The notes under the pieces: generated by a model
What the model saw: the letters and a program-made list of their open reading frames with translations, nothing else
Databases searched by the model: none
Told to the model about the DNA's origin: nothing
NCBI RefSeq assembly: GCF_000981445.1
Contig: NC_027218.1
Coordinates: 2,790,001-2,854,000, forward strand
DNA from: Babesia bigemina
Taxonomy: Eukaryota
Reading direction: 5' to 3'
Length of the DNA: 64,000 nt
Shown: piece after piece, positions 1-11,399 of the stretch
Position numbering within the stretch: position 1 is the first letter of the stretch
Layout of the letters: every line of letters begins with the position of its first letter
Made by a program: the position numbers and the translations under genes

Positions 1-186
1 AGTCTGCCCGCCGGGCACTCTACGCGCCGAATAACGAATTAACACGTCGCCGAGGCGGACCTGACGCTCTGGCAACACGAACGGAGCCCAACCAGTCAGC
101 AAGCGCAACACGCACAACACCATACGAACCAGCAACAAAGCCGAACCATAATTAGTCACGATGTTCTGTTTTCGCACCGACGAAAC

Positions 187-451
187 TCAGTACTGCAGCG
201 CAATGGAGACGCGGAAAGGTACACCCACCTTGAAGAAGCCAATGAGGTTGGCGCGCTCCCTGAAACACTGACGGCAGATGCTCAGGCCGTACTTGCGGAT
301 CAGGCCGTGACGGTTGAAGCAGACACGGCTGCATAAAATGAAGGCGGTCGGGAAAGGCCGCGCGGCCGTGGCGGCCGGAACGGAGTGCAACGTACCACTG
401 GTGACTGCCCGGACCGTAGTTCTTCGGATGCGTGTTGAAAAGGTTAGTCAT
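187..451 (-). CDS. RPS29: 40S ribosomal protein S29 (uS14), 3 exons
   Basis: Exons 451-396, 328-229 and 192-187 with GT-AG introns give [53 protein letters not shown], the typical S29 CxxC...CxxC sequence. The last mini-exon is less certain. Confidence 0.95.
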
Positions 452-643
452 CTTGATACGATTGACGCAAAAACGCGCGCGATAATAGTTCCTAGCAATT
501 GGCAGTGGCTGCGTGCCCAGTTTTACCGGCAACCGGGGACCTGGAGCTCGCGCCCCATGGAAGGCCTCCGGCGGCGCGTTGGGTGGCAAGACACACGGCA
601 CACATTGGTTATCACTGCTATCAATTTACGGGGTATGTGTGAG

Positions 644-1639
644 CTAGAGTTCGTATGGTACTTCTTTTACGACATCATTGAGCCGTTCGAACTGCAGCAT
701 TCAGACCGGGCGAAGAGTATACCCACCTTCTCCTGGACGTTGCTGGTGAAGTGGCCTGCACATCGTTCGTTTCGGCTACTGCTGGACGTACCCTGGGTGT
801 TGCCGGGCGGGTTGAACCGGCAGATGAGCACTACCTGCCGGCCGTCGCAGCACGCGACGCCGCAGCCCACTTCCTACGGCACAGTGACTTGCTGAGGAGG
901 CGGCTAACCAACCTGCGACGACTTCCAGACCAGTTGCGTGAACGATAGCACGTTGGGGTTCCGGTTCAATGGCCCACCTGAGGCGGAGATGGCGTGGACG
1001 GATGCGCTACCCACCGTTCTCAAAGTCGTAGTCGGTGTGCCCCTCGTACCAGAACTGTGCCGCTACCGCCTCGCTGAACCCGTCCAGGGCTGCGGAGAGG
1101 TAGTTGGTTCCCAGTTCGTTGCGATAATACAGCGGGATGTTGCAATTTAGTTGCCGGCTCAGCTGCGCATCCTTCACGGCGACTGGCGCACACTCACCTC
1201 CGCCGCTAACTTGTCGGCAGAAGATGCGAGTTTATCGCTCCTAAGCGCTGTTGCGAGGGCACGTGTAATCCACACTTACCATTTTAATGGCGGAGACGAG
1301 TGAAACTCCCGGTAGTCGTTCAGGGCTGCCAACATCCGCCCCTCCTGCAATATAGTTACGGGCCGTCATATCGATTCATTTGCGATACACATCACATTCA
1401 TATGTTGACATGATGCGTTGACAAGTACCGCGGGGAGTCTGGCAGCGACATAGAAAGGGAGCTGTCGTTATTGCAGCCTTCCGCGGCACAAGGGCCTAAC
1501 CCACCTCAAACCGGCAACACGGCGCAGCCGTGCGTTGCGAGATACTGGCATTTCCATATACTATTGGCAGACACGGCCGCAGAGGCAGCAGCGCCAGCAG
1601 AATTCCGCACACAGCGTAGCAAGGTACCGGCGCGATCAT
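644..1639 (-). CDS. Secreted CAP/SCP (PR-1/GAPR-1-like) domain protein, 8 exons, ~204 aa
   Basis: Manually spliced exons 1639-1505, 1344-1280, 1240-1198, 1162-1015, 977-913, 873-792, 755-727 and 691-644 are all GT-AG and phase-consistent. N-terminal hydrophobic signal (CGILLALLPL). CAP motifs: LNDYREFHSSPPLKWSDKLA, FWYEG, FTQLVWKSSQEVGCG, LICRFNPPGN. Confidence 0.88.
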
Positions 1640-2157
1640 CCGTCACCGGACACATGAACTCTCGGCGAGGTGAGCCGATACGGCTATTCTCAACACACAA
1701 TAGATCGTGCTTATAATGTAAACTTCGGCGCAATTCGGCTGCAGGTGCCCCTTGCAGCCCTGGAGTGGGTCAAGGATTCCGCACATAGACGTGGAGCGAT
1801 GCCGGCGTTGACCGCGATAAAACCCGATGTAATCGCGAAAACGCGTCGAATGGGCACAATTTACGTTGCATCAAACGTAAAGGAACGATAGCGTGCCGCT
1901 ATTTTAATCCGTTACGGCTCCAGCGCCTAGACACCGTGTAAAACACGGTACACCTACAAGCGTGACTTGTCGCGCAATCCGGTATTTCGCGGCTTTACAC
2001 TTGTTGTGGACATGCGATTTAGCGTTTTAGATCTTAGCGACGAACTGTCGCCGCGGCAATAGATGTAAATACTTTAAACTTATTTAAACTCAATGTTAAA
2101 CTTTAAACCGCACTGAGGTGACGCCACTGGCGCTTTTGCACGCGCAACTCCCGGGCG

Positions 2158-3417
2158 CTACTCTGTATCGGGCAACATCGGCTGCGCGTATGGGCACTCG
2201 GGAGGCGCATCCAGCATCTTCCTGCCCATTGCGTACATGCCCAGCGAGGCCATAATGCCCACGAAGCACACCACGTCGATTATCTCGAAGGCAGTGGCGC
2301 TGTCGCCACTTAGCGATTTCATCGAGAAGGCGATTGAGCACAGCGGCAGCTTCAGCGTACCCAGGAGGAACACCAGAGTCACGGTCGCGTTCATCATTAT
2401 CACGACGTAGGCGACCCGGATGATGAGGTTGCACAGCAGATAGGTCAGCAGCACTCGGAACGCTCCCTCGCAGTTGTCGCAGGTGATATCACCGCTGGAC
2501 GAGCATTGGTCCACGATGGTGTTGCGCCCCAGGAACAGGCACGCAAGGCCGCTGCCCACGTCATGCAGCGAGCCGCTTAACACGCCAAGGTCCGGTTGCG
2601 TCCTACGCGCGGCGAGTGTGAACGCGAAGAGCGGGAACCCTAGGACGAATTGCAGACTGATGGCGCTGACCTGGTACTTCAGCAGGTGAAACGACTCCGA
2701 CATGTAGACCCCGCTGCGCAGCGCTGAAGCGATTGAGTCCGGCAGGCAGGAGGCCATGTAGAGCATGTTGGCCACGAGGTTGTTGCTCCCGGTAGTCATG
2801 GGCACCGTGAGCTCCTTGATGATGACGAACAGAACTATGAGCAGCGATCCGAGATATTGGTACCAGTGGTATACACGTCCCAGGATCAGTTTGCAGGTGA
2901 TGATGGTCAGGGGGATGCTGACCTGAGACAGCATCACTAGCACGATCCCACTGGTTTCCACGCTTCCCATTGTGGAGAGCAGAGTGCTCACTATGTCGAA
3001 CAGCGACATCGGAATAAGCTGGCGATAGTTGAAGGGATGGGCCATGTACGCCGGGAAAAGGTAGGAGCACGCCCAGTACAGCGACCAGAATAAGCCGAGG
3101 AAAAAGATCACCAAAACCTCCATAGTTACGATGGCGTAGTTCCCGGTGTGGTCCATCAGCCGCTTGTAATAGACCGTGGTGAAAATATCCATCAACACGT
3201 AGACCAAGCATGCGATAAGGAGCTTGTGGCGGCGAATCAAGTCGGCCAAGGTCAGCATCAAGGCCCTGGGCGCGCTGGCAATATGCAGCTCAGGCAGGCG
3301 GTCATCCGACGTCCCGTAGAGATCGTCCGTGAGAAAGGCTCCGCGGGGGTAATCATCGTACCCGTCGTCGGACGGACGAGCTCCGAACTCGTCCGCAACT
3401 GCACTGCTGTCGGTCAT
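2158..3417 (-). CDS. CRT: Chloroquine resistance transporter orthologue (CRT, drug/metabolite transporter superfamily)
   Basis: Intronless 419-aa multi-TM ORF. Segments KRLMDHTGNYAIVT, SQVSIPL...YHWYQYLGS and GLACLFLGRNTIVDQC...CDNCEGAF match remembered PfCRT segments. Confidence 0.92.
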   Translation of the reverse strand: MTDSSAVADEFGARPSDDGYDDYPRGAFLTDDLYGTSDDRLPELHIASAPRALMLTLADLIRRHKLLIACLVYVLMDIFTTVYYKRLMDHTGNYAIVTMEVLVIFFLGLFWSLYWACSYLFPAYMAHPFNYRQLIPMSLFDIVSTLLSTMGSVETSGIVLVMLSQVSIPLTIITCKLILGRVYHWYQYLGSLLIVLFVIIKELTVPMTTGSNNLVANMLYMASCLPDSIASALRSGVYMSESFHLLKYQVSAISLQFVLGFPLFAFTLAARRTQPDLGVLSGSLHDVGSGLACLFLGRNTIVDQCSSSGDITCDNCEGAFRVLLTYLLCNLIIRVAYVVIMMNATVTLVFLLGTLKLPLCSIAFSMKSLSGDSATAFEIIDVVCFVGIMASLGMYAMGRKMLDAPPECPYAQPMLPDTE

Positions 3418-4409
3418 GGTATATATTCTAGTACGCGTATCCGCTCCGATGTCAGGGTTACCCTGAGCAGAGAGGCTAGCAGATGGGAGAGCGGCGTGGC
3501 AACGGCAGATATTGCGACGCCTCTAAAATCGTTCTAGTATACAACGACTAGGCCGATTTGGTAAACGCCCTTCTAAAAGAAGGTCACAACTTAAAACGCT
3601 TCAATAAAGTCACGGAATATTGACAACCTTTGTTGCCAAAATGTCTTACTATTGCTCAAGTGGGCGAGAGGCTACGTAACGGGAGCCACGTGGCGCATTG
3701 GCCTTCCTCTGTACCCATTGCGCCCAGCATGGCACGCACGATGCCTGCCGCTATGTGCAATATGACGCCGGTAAATTTCGATGTAAAGACATTGCGGGTG
3801 TAGCCTTCCTCACAACGCCAGCCTCGGCGCGCAGCGCCACCGCGACGTGGTTACGAGGACACCGAGATGACGGCACACCGTCACACGTGACGGCATCCGG
3901 CAACACCGTACACATATGTACGGAAGGCCAAGGCCTTTTGCCGAGAAATGCCACCGGAAATGGCCGCTGAATCCCCATCAACGATGCCGAACACACCGCC
4001 GCCACGGCGCCAGAGTCAAAGTGCGATTTGCGCCACAGGTACACATTATAAACGAACTAAAGGCTACTTTACGCCGTCTAGAACATACATAATGCCCGGC
4101 CGTCATAGCATGCCGCACCGGTGTAATGTGTATGTGCGACTGCGCGATAGGGGCTCGTGCTGCACGGGCGATCCTCCTGTTGCGGAGATGCCCGGCACCT
4201 TGACGAGCGTGCATTGACATTACTTGGTTACTCCAAACACTCAAAATAGCCACAACACAACACGACGGCAAACAGCCGATGCATGAACACCGTACGGCCC
4301 CGCTGCGGCCGCGGTGCTGGAGAATGCCAGAGTTTTTATAATGTAATTTGCCGTTGTGCACGGCACACTGTAGCATGCGCCATTGGGAGCGCGGGAACGG
4401 CTGGTGGTC

Positions 4410-6154
4410 ATGTTCTTCATCGACCCGCAAACGGTCGGCTGTTGCGCCATCGGCTGCTGCGGCGTCGCCGCTGCCAGCTACGTGTCGAACAATCTCGCCA
4501 AGATACCGCACCCGTCGGAATGCGGTTGCATTGGCAGCCTGTATCGCATCACAGGGCTGCACAGTCACGACTCCTTCGACTTCATTCTGGAGATTCATGA
4601 GGCCGTTGGCGGCGTCGGCTCAGGCAACTACTTCTTCGAGGTCGAGGCCGGTCGGATGAAATACCGCACGCAGACACTTCCCGCGAAAGATGGTCAGCTG
4701 CAAGTGCATGTAAGTTTCCAAGGCAGATTTGAAAGCCTGTCATGCCATCATGTAATGTTGAACAAACATGGGGTCATGATGACGTCATTTCGGGAACCCT
4801 GTATGTCTAATGCACTTTCTACATGCGCCTAATGTAGCGCAACTGCATGTGCGCGTCATCGGCATGGTGACGGCGGTCACTGCGAGTCTTAATGCCCGGC
4901 TAATGCGTTTTGCAGGAGAAGCTGAAGGTACACGTGCGACAGTGTGACGACACTGTCGTCGTGAATCTCTACAGAAGCCAGCTTTTGAGGTCGGACCAAT
5001 GCGGTGAACTGAAGTTTTCAGTGGAGCAAGACCTCATGGCTCCCAAGCCGGCCAAGAGGCGCTGGTTCACCATGGTGCACCAGAATCGCACGGCTACACG
5101 TGTCAAGGTACGCTTTGGCCGTTTAGTGTGTGCAAGCCTCAACAGGTCTCGATATACTGCATGAGCGACGAGATGGCGTCCCGGAATCTATCAGCTCTGA
5201 CGTTGCAGGCCATTGTGGAGTCGCAGCAAGACGGCTCCAACCTAGGTAAGCCAGTGCCATGCCGCATTCGACGGTTTGCAGAGGAGGAGCTCGTCGAGGA
5301 GCTGGAGAACATGGACGACTATGCGAAGCTCAGGTTCTACTCCAAGGTGTTATCAGGGCCGCTCAAGAAAATGAACACCTTCGGCCAGAAGTGGACGACG
5401 TACTATTTCAAGCCGCTGGAAATATCGGCGGGCAACTGGGAGTGGTGCGTATGGAACTCCATCGAAGACTACAACGTGAGTTCGCACTAGAAGTGGTGGC
5501 GGGGGGACCAGGGCGATGATGTGGCGCCTCCATGGCGATCGCTGACCTGATCCATGGGTTGCGCTTTGAAACTGTGGTTACAACTTGCATTAGTGGCCAG
5601 GTTATGCTAAAACGCTCTGAGCAGGGTGAAAATGCAGTTCATGCAACTTCTCCACGCCAACGTCTCACAAATATATACCAATTGTCAAACTCACGCAGGC
5701 TGGCTTAGAAGCCATCGAGGCATACCCGTTTCTCGCAATGAGCGTTGTATTGGCGGATCCGACAAACGCAGCGTGCTTCTACGTGAAGTATCATAAGGAT
5801 GGGAACGACTTCGGGATCCTCCTAAAGCGGATCGACAGAAACAGGGACCTTTGGTCAGATTCGCTCTACGAATTTATCGAGAAGACACGAGAGGTCTACT
5901 TCAGGACACCGAACAAAGAAAGAATCAAAATATCGCACAAAAAAATAAAGCGGTGTAAGGACCTCGAGGTGTTTTGCCAGCAGTCGACCGACGATGAAAA
6001 GCGGACCGAGCTAAAGGCAAAATTAGCGCTAAGCAAACGGCTCACGAGCCCTATGGAAAGGGCCGAGGCGAACGAAGAAACAAAATTGCCGGATGCGATC
6101 GCAAAGATGGCGCTGAACATGTACGTCGAGGAATGTAACGCGGGAGACGCCTAG
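4410..6154 (+). CDS. CERLI1/RASP2-like rhoptry-associated C2 + PH domain protein, multi-exon
   Basis: ATG at 4410 gives MFFIDPQTVGCCAIGCC...KIPHPSECG (PHIS-like motif). A C2-like region is spliced across intron 4710-4915. A PH-like region follows (GPLKKMNTFGQKWTTYYFK...DLWSDSLYEFIEK). Stop at 6154. Confidence 0.72.
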
Positions 6155-6763
6155 ATCACGCTGGCTTCTTTTCGCCGATACGAGACGCATTGTAGACCTT
6201 CCACCGCGGATTCGTGTATTAAACCATGGTCCTGTTTATTGTGACTCGTTGTCTCAGCACACACATGCGAGACGTGGAGGATACGTCTCTACCTGGTCGC
6301 CGGGGGACAGGCCAAGCGCGACACGTGGCCAACCGCATAACATTTCGGACCGACACAACAGCCAGGAAGTGCTAAAAAGCCGCTTTAACGCTCAACGTGT
6401 GCTTTTATTGCCTTTGACATGTAACTGGAGATTCCTGGTGGAATGACTCCGGCTCATGTCTGGCGCACACGTCTGAGCTAAATTCTGAAAGCGACCCAGC
6501 AAGTAACGGTTCGCCGGAAAGCGGAAGGATATAAGTGCCCGTTGTTCGGCACATATCTTGTGTGCGCAATGATTACGCGTGGAGTGGCTCCACGTCGTGC
6601 TCTCCCCGCACAAGCGGCATTCGCATGCCTTGCGGCGAGGAAACACCACATACTGTGTGTGTGTGATTTGTGTTACAATCATCAAAGTCGCGGCAATCAG
6701 AAGGGAACTTGTGCTCCTCTCTACGACCCGCAGATCGAACTGGCTTATCCTAAGGCTTCACAG

Positions 6764-7252
6764 ATGGGAAAAGTATCGCCTCGCCGACGCCGTAGGGCGC
6801 CCACCAAAGGCATACCGAAAAACGCCGTAATTGTGCCGAACGTCCCGACGGAAGACTACTGCAGTCAAATGCCGGGGGTATATTACCATTTCGGCAAGCT
6901 CGAGTGGCGCACGACTTGCAGGGATCCGTTCAATTGCTCGAAGCGTTCGCAGCGCACCTTTGGTGTACGAAAATACGGGTTCTACGAGGCAAAAACGATG
7001 GCTGAACTCGCAGCACTCGAGTGGGAGAAACACCGCAATCTCGTATTGTACCTTCAAAACGTCTCGACAGGAAACGCTATTGCGGGGCACGTTATTGCAA
7101 CTCCGCCTGCCCCACCGGTTAGTCCGGAGTACATCCCCTACATGCCGTACGACTGTTACGCGTACGTCCCAGAGGATTTTGAGGGCCCATACACGCAACA
7201 AACGTCCATGGACTACTACAACGAGAGCCCAGACCGACTTAGCAACTTCTGA
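6764..7252 (+). CDS. ApiAP2 transcription factor (single AP2 domain)
   Basis: AP2 signature PGVYYHFGKLEWRTT...RSQRTFGVRKYGFYEAKTMAE; basic NLS-like RRRRR. The start codon is uncertain (the frame is open from 6542). Confidence 0.85.
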   Translation: MGKVSPRRRRRAPTKGIPKNAVIVPNVPTEDYCSQMPGVYYHFGKLEWRTTCRDPFNCSKRSQRTFGVRKYGFYEAKTMAELAALEWEKHRNLVLYLQNVSTGNAIAGHVIATPPAPPVSPEYIPYMPYDCYAYVPEDFEGPYTQQTSMDYYNESPDRLSNF

Positions 7253-8196
7253 ATAATCGACGTTCTTTTTATGCATGTACATGGTGTTGAATGTTGCCGG
7301 CAGCGATCAGTGTCCAATCTATTTGTGGTAGTATGGGCTGCCGGAAACGTGTCTGGCGACGTGCATCTCACAGCGATGCGCTTTAGTCAGGCCCTCTCCA
7401 CCCTTGTGCGGGTTGATGTCGTTAGCAAAGAACAAGCATTGCATTGTTCGTGTCAAATCACTCCTTACCAGCGCATGAATGACGCATGTACAGCACGGGG
7501 CGAGACAATTTAAAGGGCATCACCGTGCCTAGGTTGTTTAGCGGTGGCACCAGTGTCGCCACGGCGCATACACCGCAAAAGGCTTAAACGCAAATTATGG
7601 CAGCTGTCCAAACTTCATTTGACCTGTTATCAGGCCTGCAAAATGGAGTGTAGACAAGCAAAAGCGACTGCATAAAACCACACAGAAGCATACGCATGCA
7701 ACACATTGCCGCAGCCTCCATCAGATTACTAAAGCGCGTATCACAAATGCACCTGGCTTGCGCACCCATCTTAATTGCAGACCGAAGGGGAGCCGACTCA
7801 CGAGCCAGCGATTTTCGGTCGAAACTGAAAAGCGATGTACGGGCTCGTTTACTGCTGCACGCAGCTCGCGCGTGAAACAAAGATTCGGCCCGCAGGATGC
7901 GCAAGAGCACTTTCGCCAATGCTTAGCTCCAGGCGCTCAACAAGAGCGGATCATCCTGTGGAAGGCAGTGCGACTCACGTCACCAACATGCAACACCTAC
8001 GGCCAACAAACGTCAACGTTCACAGTACGGTGGTACTTTAATTCCCATAGTGCCACAGAGACTAGAAACGTCGTAATTTCGTCACCATGGTAATCGTTTT
8101 GCACTCGTTGCCCAAATAATGTACACAACGTACCCTGACGTGAGGTGGAAATCGCAGTTCGCTGTATTCAGGTGATCAAAACACTGGCCGATAGCA

Positions 8197-9574
8197 TCAC
8201 TCAACGGCGGTGGAGCACGTCAAGCAGTTGACACGCATTTCCACGTTGAAACGCCACGCCTCAACCAACTTCGGCGCTTCACTGTCGTCGGAGACGACGG
8301 CAGAACACAGGATGGTGCCGTCGGAGTCTGCAGTCACCACTCGACCAGAGAGTGATGTGATCGCCTTGATCCGCTTACTGTGGACACCGCCGAAATCTGT
8401 GCCAGACTCTTCGCCAGGTGGATAGATGACCACGGCACCAGAACGGCACCCCACTGCGATGGAATCGCCGATCCAGGACGCACAGCAGTACTTGGTATTG
8501 TTGGCTTTGTGTACCGACGGCTTAGCTCCCTCGCTCAGCGAGAGCTTTAACAATTGCGATTCAAAGAGGATGAAGTAGTCCTCGCCACCGGGGTGCCACT
8601 GCACTCCGATAGCCGGCTCGTTCAGCCGAGAGAAGAACACGCAGAGGCAAGTGTTCAAGTCCCACAGCCGCAAGGTGGCATCCTCGGACACCGACAAGGC
8701 AAGCTCTCCGTTGGGGTGCACTGATATCGCCGTGACGGCGCTCTTGTGGCCCTTGAGCTGCTTCTTCAGGCTAAGCTTGAGAACGTCAAACACTTGCAGT
8801 GAGCCGTGCTCGTCGCCCACCAGCAGCAGGCCGTTCGCTATGCTGCCCCTGGCGCCCAGCGCCGTAATGCACCCGGCTGACAACAGCAGGTCGCCATGCT
8901 TCTTGCGATGACGCAGGCCGTACACCCTGCGGTTGACCGTTATTTGCGGCAATCCATCGACCTACTGCACAGTTTCGTCGGACCCTCCGCAACACAGGAA
9001 GTCCGACCCCAAAGCTAAACAGCGAATCGACCCCTGCACTAAAATGAATATTTCGCATACAATCGGATAACAAACACAACTGACGCCAAATAATCATGCT
9101 AGGTAAAAACACTGCAAACACGCAAGCCGCCATTTAGCTCCTGGTAGCGGGAACCAGAACAGAATGCCCGGCGACAAACATGCCACATAGCATCTAATAA
9201 GCCTAAACATTAGGCCCGTTTCCCACAACCTGGCATTTTGGAAGCATGAAATACGCTATCGAGTCACGAAACACGTGATGTAATGATCAGGGCACTAAAT
9301 CCCAACACCCGTGTTCAGAGACAAGTTGCGAATATGAAACACAGGGCGAAAAGGCCCAGGTAAGGCACAAAATAACTGAATCGGCAAGGTTGTGAGTCAC
9401 CAGGCCAAAGATCAATCACAATTTCACGGCACCCACCTGCGAGCAGATGAACCGGAAGGCGAAGGACGGTTGGCTGGGGGCGGTGGAAGTCGTCGAAGAT
9501 GCCGATGAGTCGCAATCCTCGTCGACATTCAGGCCGACCAGACCTCCCTCATAACCACCGGCTATGAGAAGCAT
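8197..9574 (-). CDS. WD40 protein, PAK1IP1/MAK11-like (60S biogenesis), 3 exons
   Basis: Exons ~9574-9437 (MLLIAGGYEGGLVG), 9033-8966 (GSIRCLA...GGSDETVQ) and 8926-8197 (LKGHKSAVTAISVHPNGELALSVSEDATLRLWDL). Confidence 0.82.
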
Positions 9575-10108
9575 GGTGTTAAAGCGCTGCGTTTGTGTTT
9601 AGAAGTGACTGAGTCGGTAACGACAGGTCGCGCCCCCTCGAGGGGGCCGATCGTAAGACTAGATGGGAAGACGCAATAAAACAATACACACTGCACTATT
9701 TCGGCAGCCTCGCTGGCAATTATGGCTACGAAACATGTCGTTTATGCGAAAAGACAGACAAAGACAGTCGCACGGTGCGCGCCCTCATGTACACATCTCT
9801 CACTGCACGCCCCTACCCCGCTGCAAACGCGCAGTGGATTTGACAGATAAATACTGTATAGCGATTTGTAACCAGGTGCTAGATCTGGTAAGCTGCTCAC
9901 TGAATCATCTCTCCACGGCACGGATCACATCCGTGCCGGTCAGCTAGACCTGATACCGGGATCACAACCGGCGTGACTCCACCCACCCTAGACAGCAGAT
10001 ACAGGTCACGTTGGCATATCACAGCCACGTACTTGTGGCAATTTTTGGCAATATCCGGGCACAGCCGCAACCCATGTCTGACTGCCTGCGGGATACATAG
10101 CATCCAAG

Positions 10109-11089
10109 ATGTATAACCGCACGGAACAGTTGCAGGATCTCGCGGAAGGTGTTAAAAGGTCCAATCAGTATGAGAAGGACTGCATAATCGTCGTGCGAGA
10201 CGGCGGCTTCATCTCGCAGACGAATGTAAGTGATCGTCACGCGTAGACGTCACACCTTTCGCAGGGCGGCGATGGCGCCAACGAGGAAGGGGAGGACGAT
10301 GAGCTGTTCCAACAGTACATGCACAAGGTGCAGGCGATGCGGACGCTGATAGCGTCGATCGACGAGGGCGTGAAAGAAATCAACTCCCTCATAGAACTGA
10401 GCGCTAGCGCAGTCACCAACCAGCAAAACGAGGAAGTCAGCACCAAACTCACCGACATCATCGCAAGCACCAACGAAGTGTGCACCCAGTGCAAGGCCGC
10501 TGCGTCCATCCTCGAGCTAGGCAAGAGCGAGGGCACGCCCACAGAGGCGCGGATGCGAGAGAACGCATACAACGTCTGCATCAAACACTTCCAAGCCGCG
10601 ATCAAGCGCTACCAGGACGCCCAAATCACGTTCAAAAAGGCCATCAAGGAGCGCACTGCGAGGCAGGTGCAGCTCATATACCCGGAGCTGGACAGCAAAG
10701 AGCTCGACCGCATGATGGACTCGAGCAAGGGCCACTCCATGCTCGAGCACATCGCGCGGTCGTCCATCATCGGAACCGCCAGCTTGACGGAGGCGGTGCA
10801 GAACATACAGTCCAAGTACAACGACGTGCTCGCGCTGGAGGACAGCGTCGAGGAGCTGCACCAGATGATGATCGAGCTCGCCGGCGTGGTCAGCTACCAG
10901 GGCGACCTCATCGACCAGGTGGAGTACAACACGATGAGGGCGATGGAGTACACCGAGAAGGCGAACGTGGAGCTCACCAAGGCGCTGCACAACCAGCGGC
11001 GGAGCAACCGGCTCATGGTATACATCATGCTCGGCGTGATCGCGGCGGGGCTAGTCATCGGAGTGCCGATCATACTCAAAATCACCTGA
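10109..11089 (+). CDS. Syntaxin (Qa-SNARE, syntaxin-1-like), 2 exons
   Basis: Exon 1 MYNRTEQLQDL..., intron 10226-10264. Habc-like helices, SNARE motif (LEDSVEELHQMMIELAGVVSYQGDLIDQVE) and a C-terminal TM anchor. Confidence 0.92.
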
Positions 11090-11399
11090 TTGCCCGGCCG
11101 ACGGGGTTCGGCCTAACGCGAACGAGCGCGCAGTGTCTCCAACTGGGGTGTTTAATGTTTCCCGCGGCAAAATGCCGGTGTCTACAACGACCGCTGTCGT
11201 GTCTCCCTGCGCCTTTGCTGGGAGAGTGTTTCGAGGGAATCGTATGGCACAATCATGGATAAAAACGAATCCCCATAGCACACATAATAGCTTTGTAGCG
11301 ACGGCGGCGGGCATGTGACCTTTCGCCGTCTAGACGGGCTCGCGCCGACGGCGTGCGAGCAACTGGGGGTCTACACCTCCGACACAGTCACAGAAAGAA

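Noticed and set aside
5510..5625. Possible box C/D snoRNA in a CERLI1-like intron (ATGATGT...CTGA)
   Set aside because: Imperfect C box, negligible terminal stem and no recognisable rRNA guide.
7300..8190. Possible gene between ApiAP2 and the MAK11-like gene
   Set aside because: I could not assemble a coherent spliced ORF or recognise a motif.
9034..9436. ~400-nt first intron of the MAK11-like gene as a snoRNA/snRNA host (contains CTTACCTGG)
   Set aside because: No paired C/D or H/ACA boxes, and no U1-like structure or Sm site found.
9633..9646. Perfect 14-bp palindrome CCCCCTCGAGGGGG between divergent genes
   Set aside because: A few 14-bp palindromes are expected by chance in 64 kb, and there is no other support.
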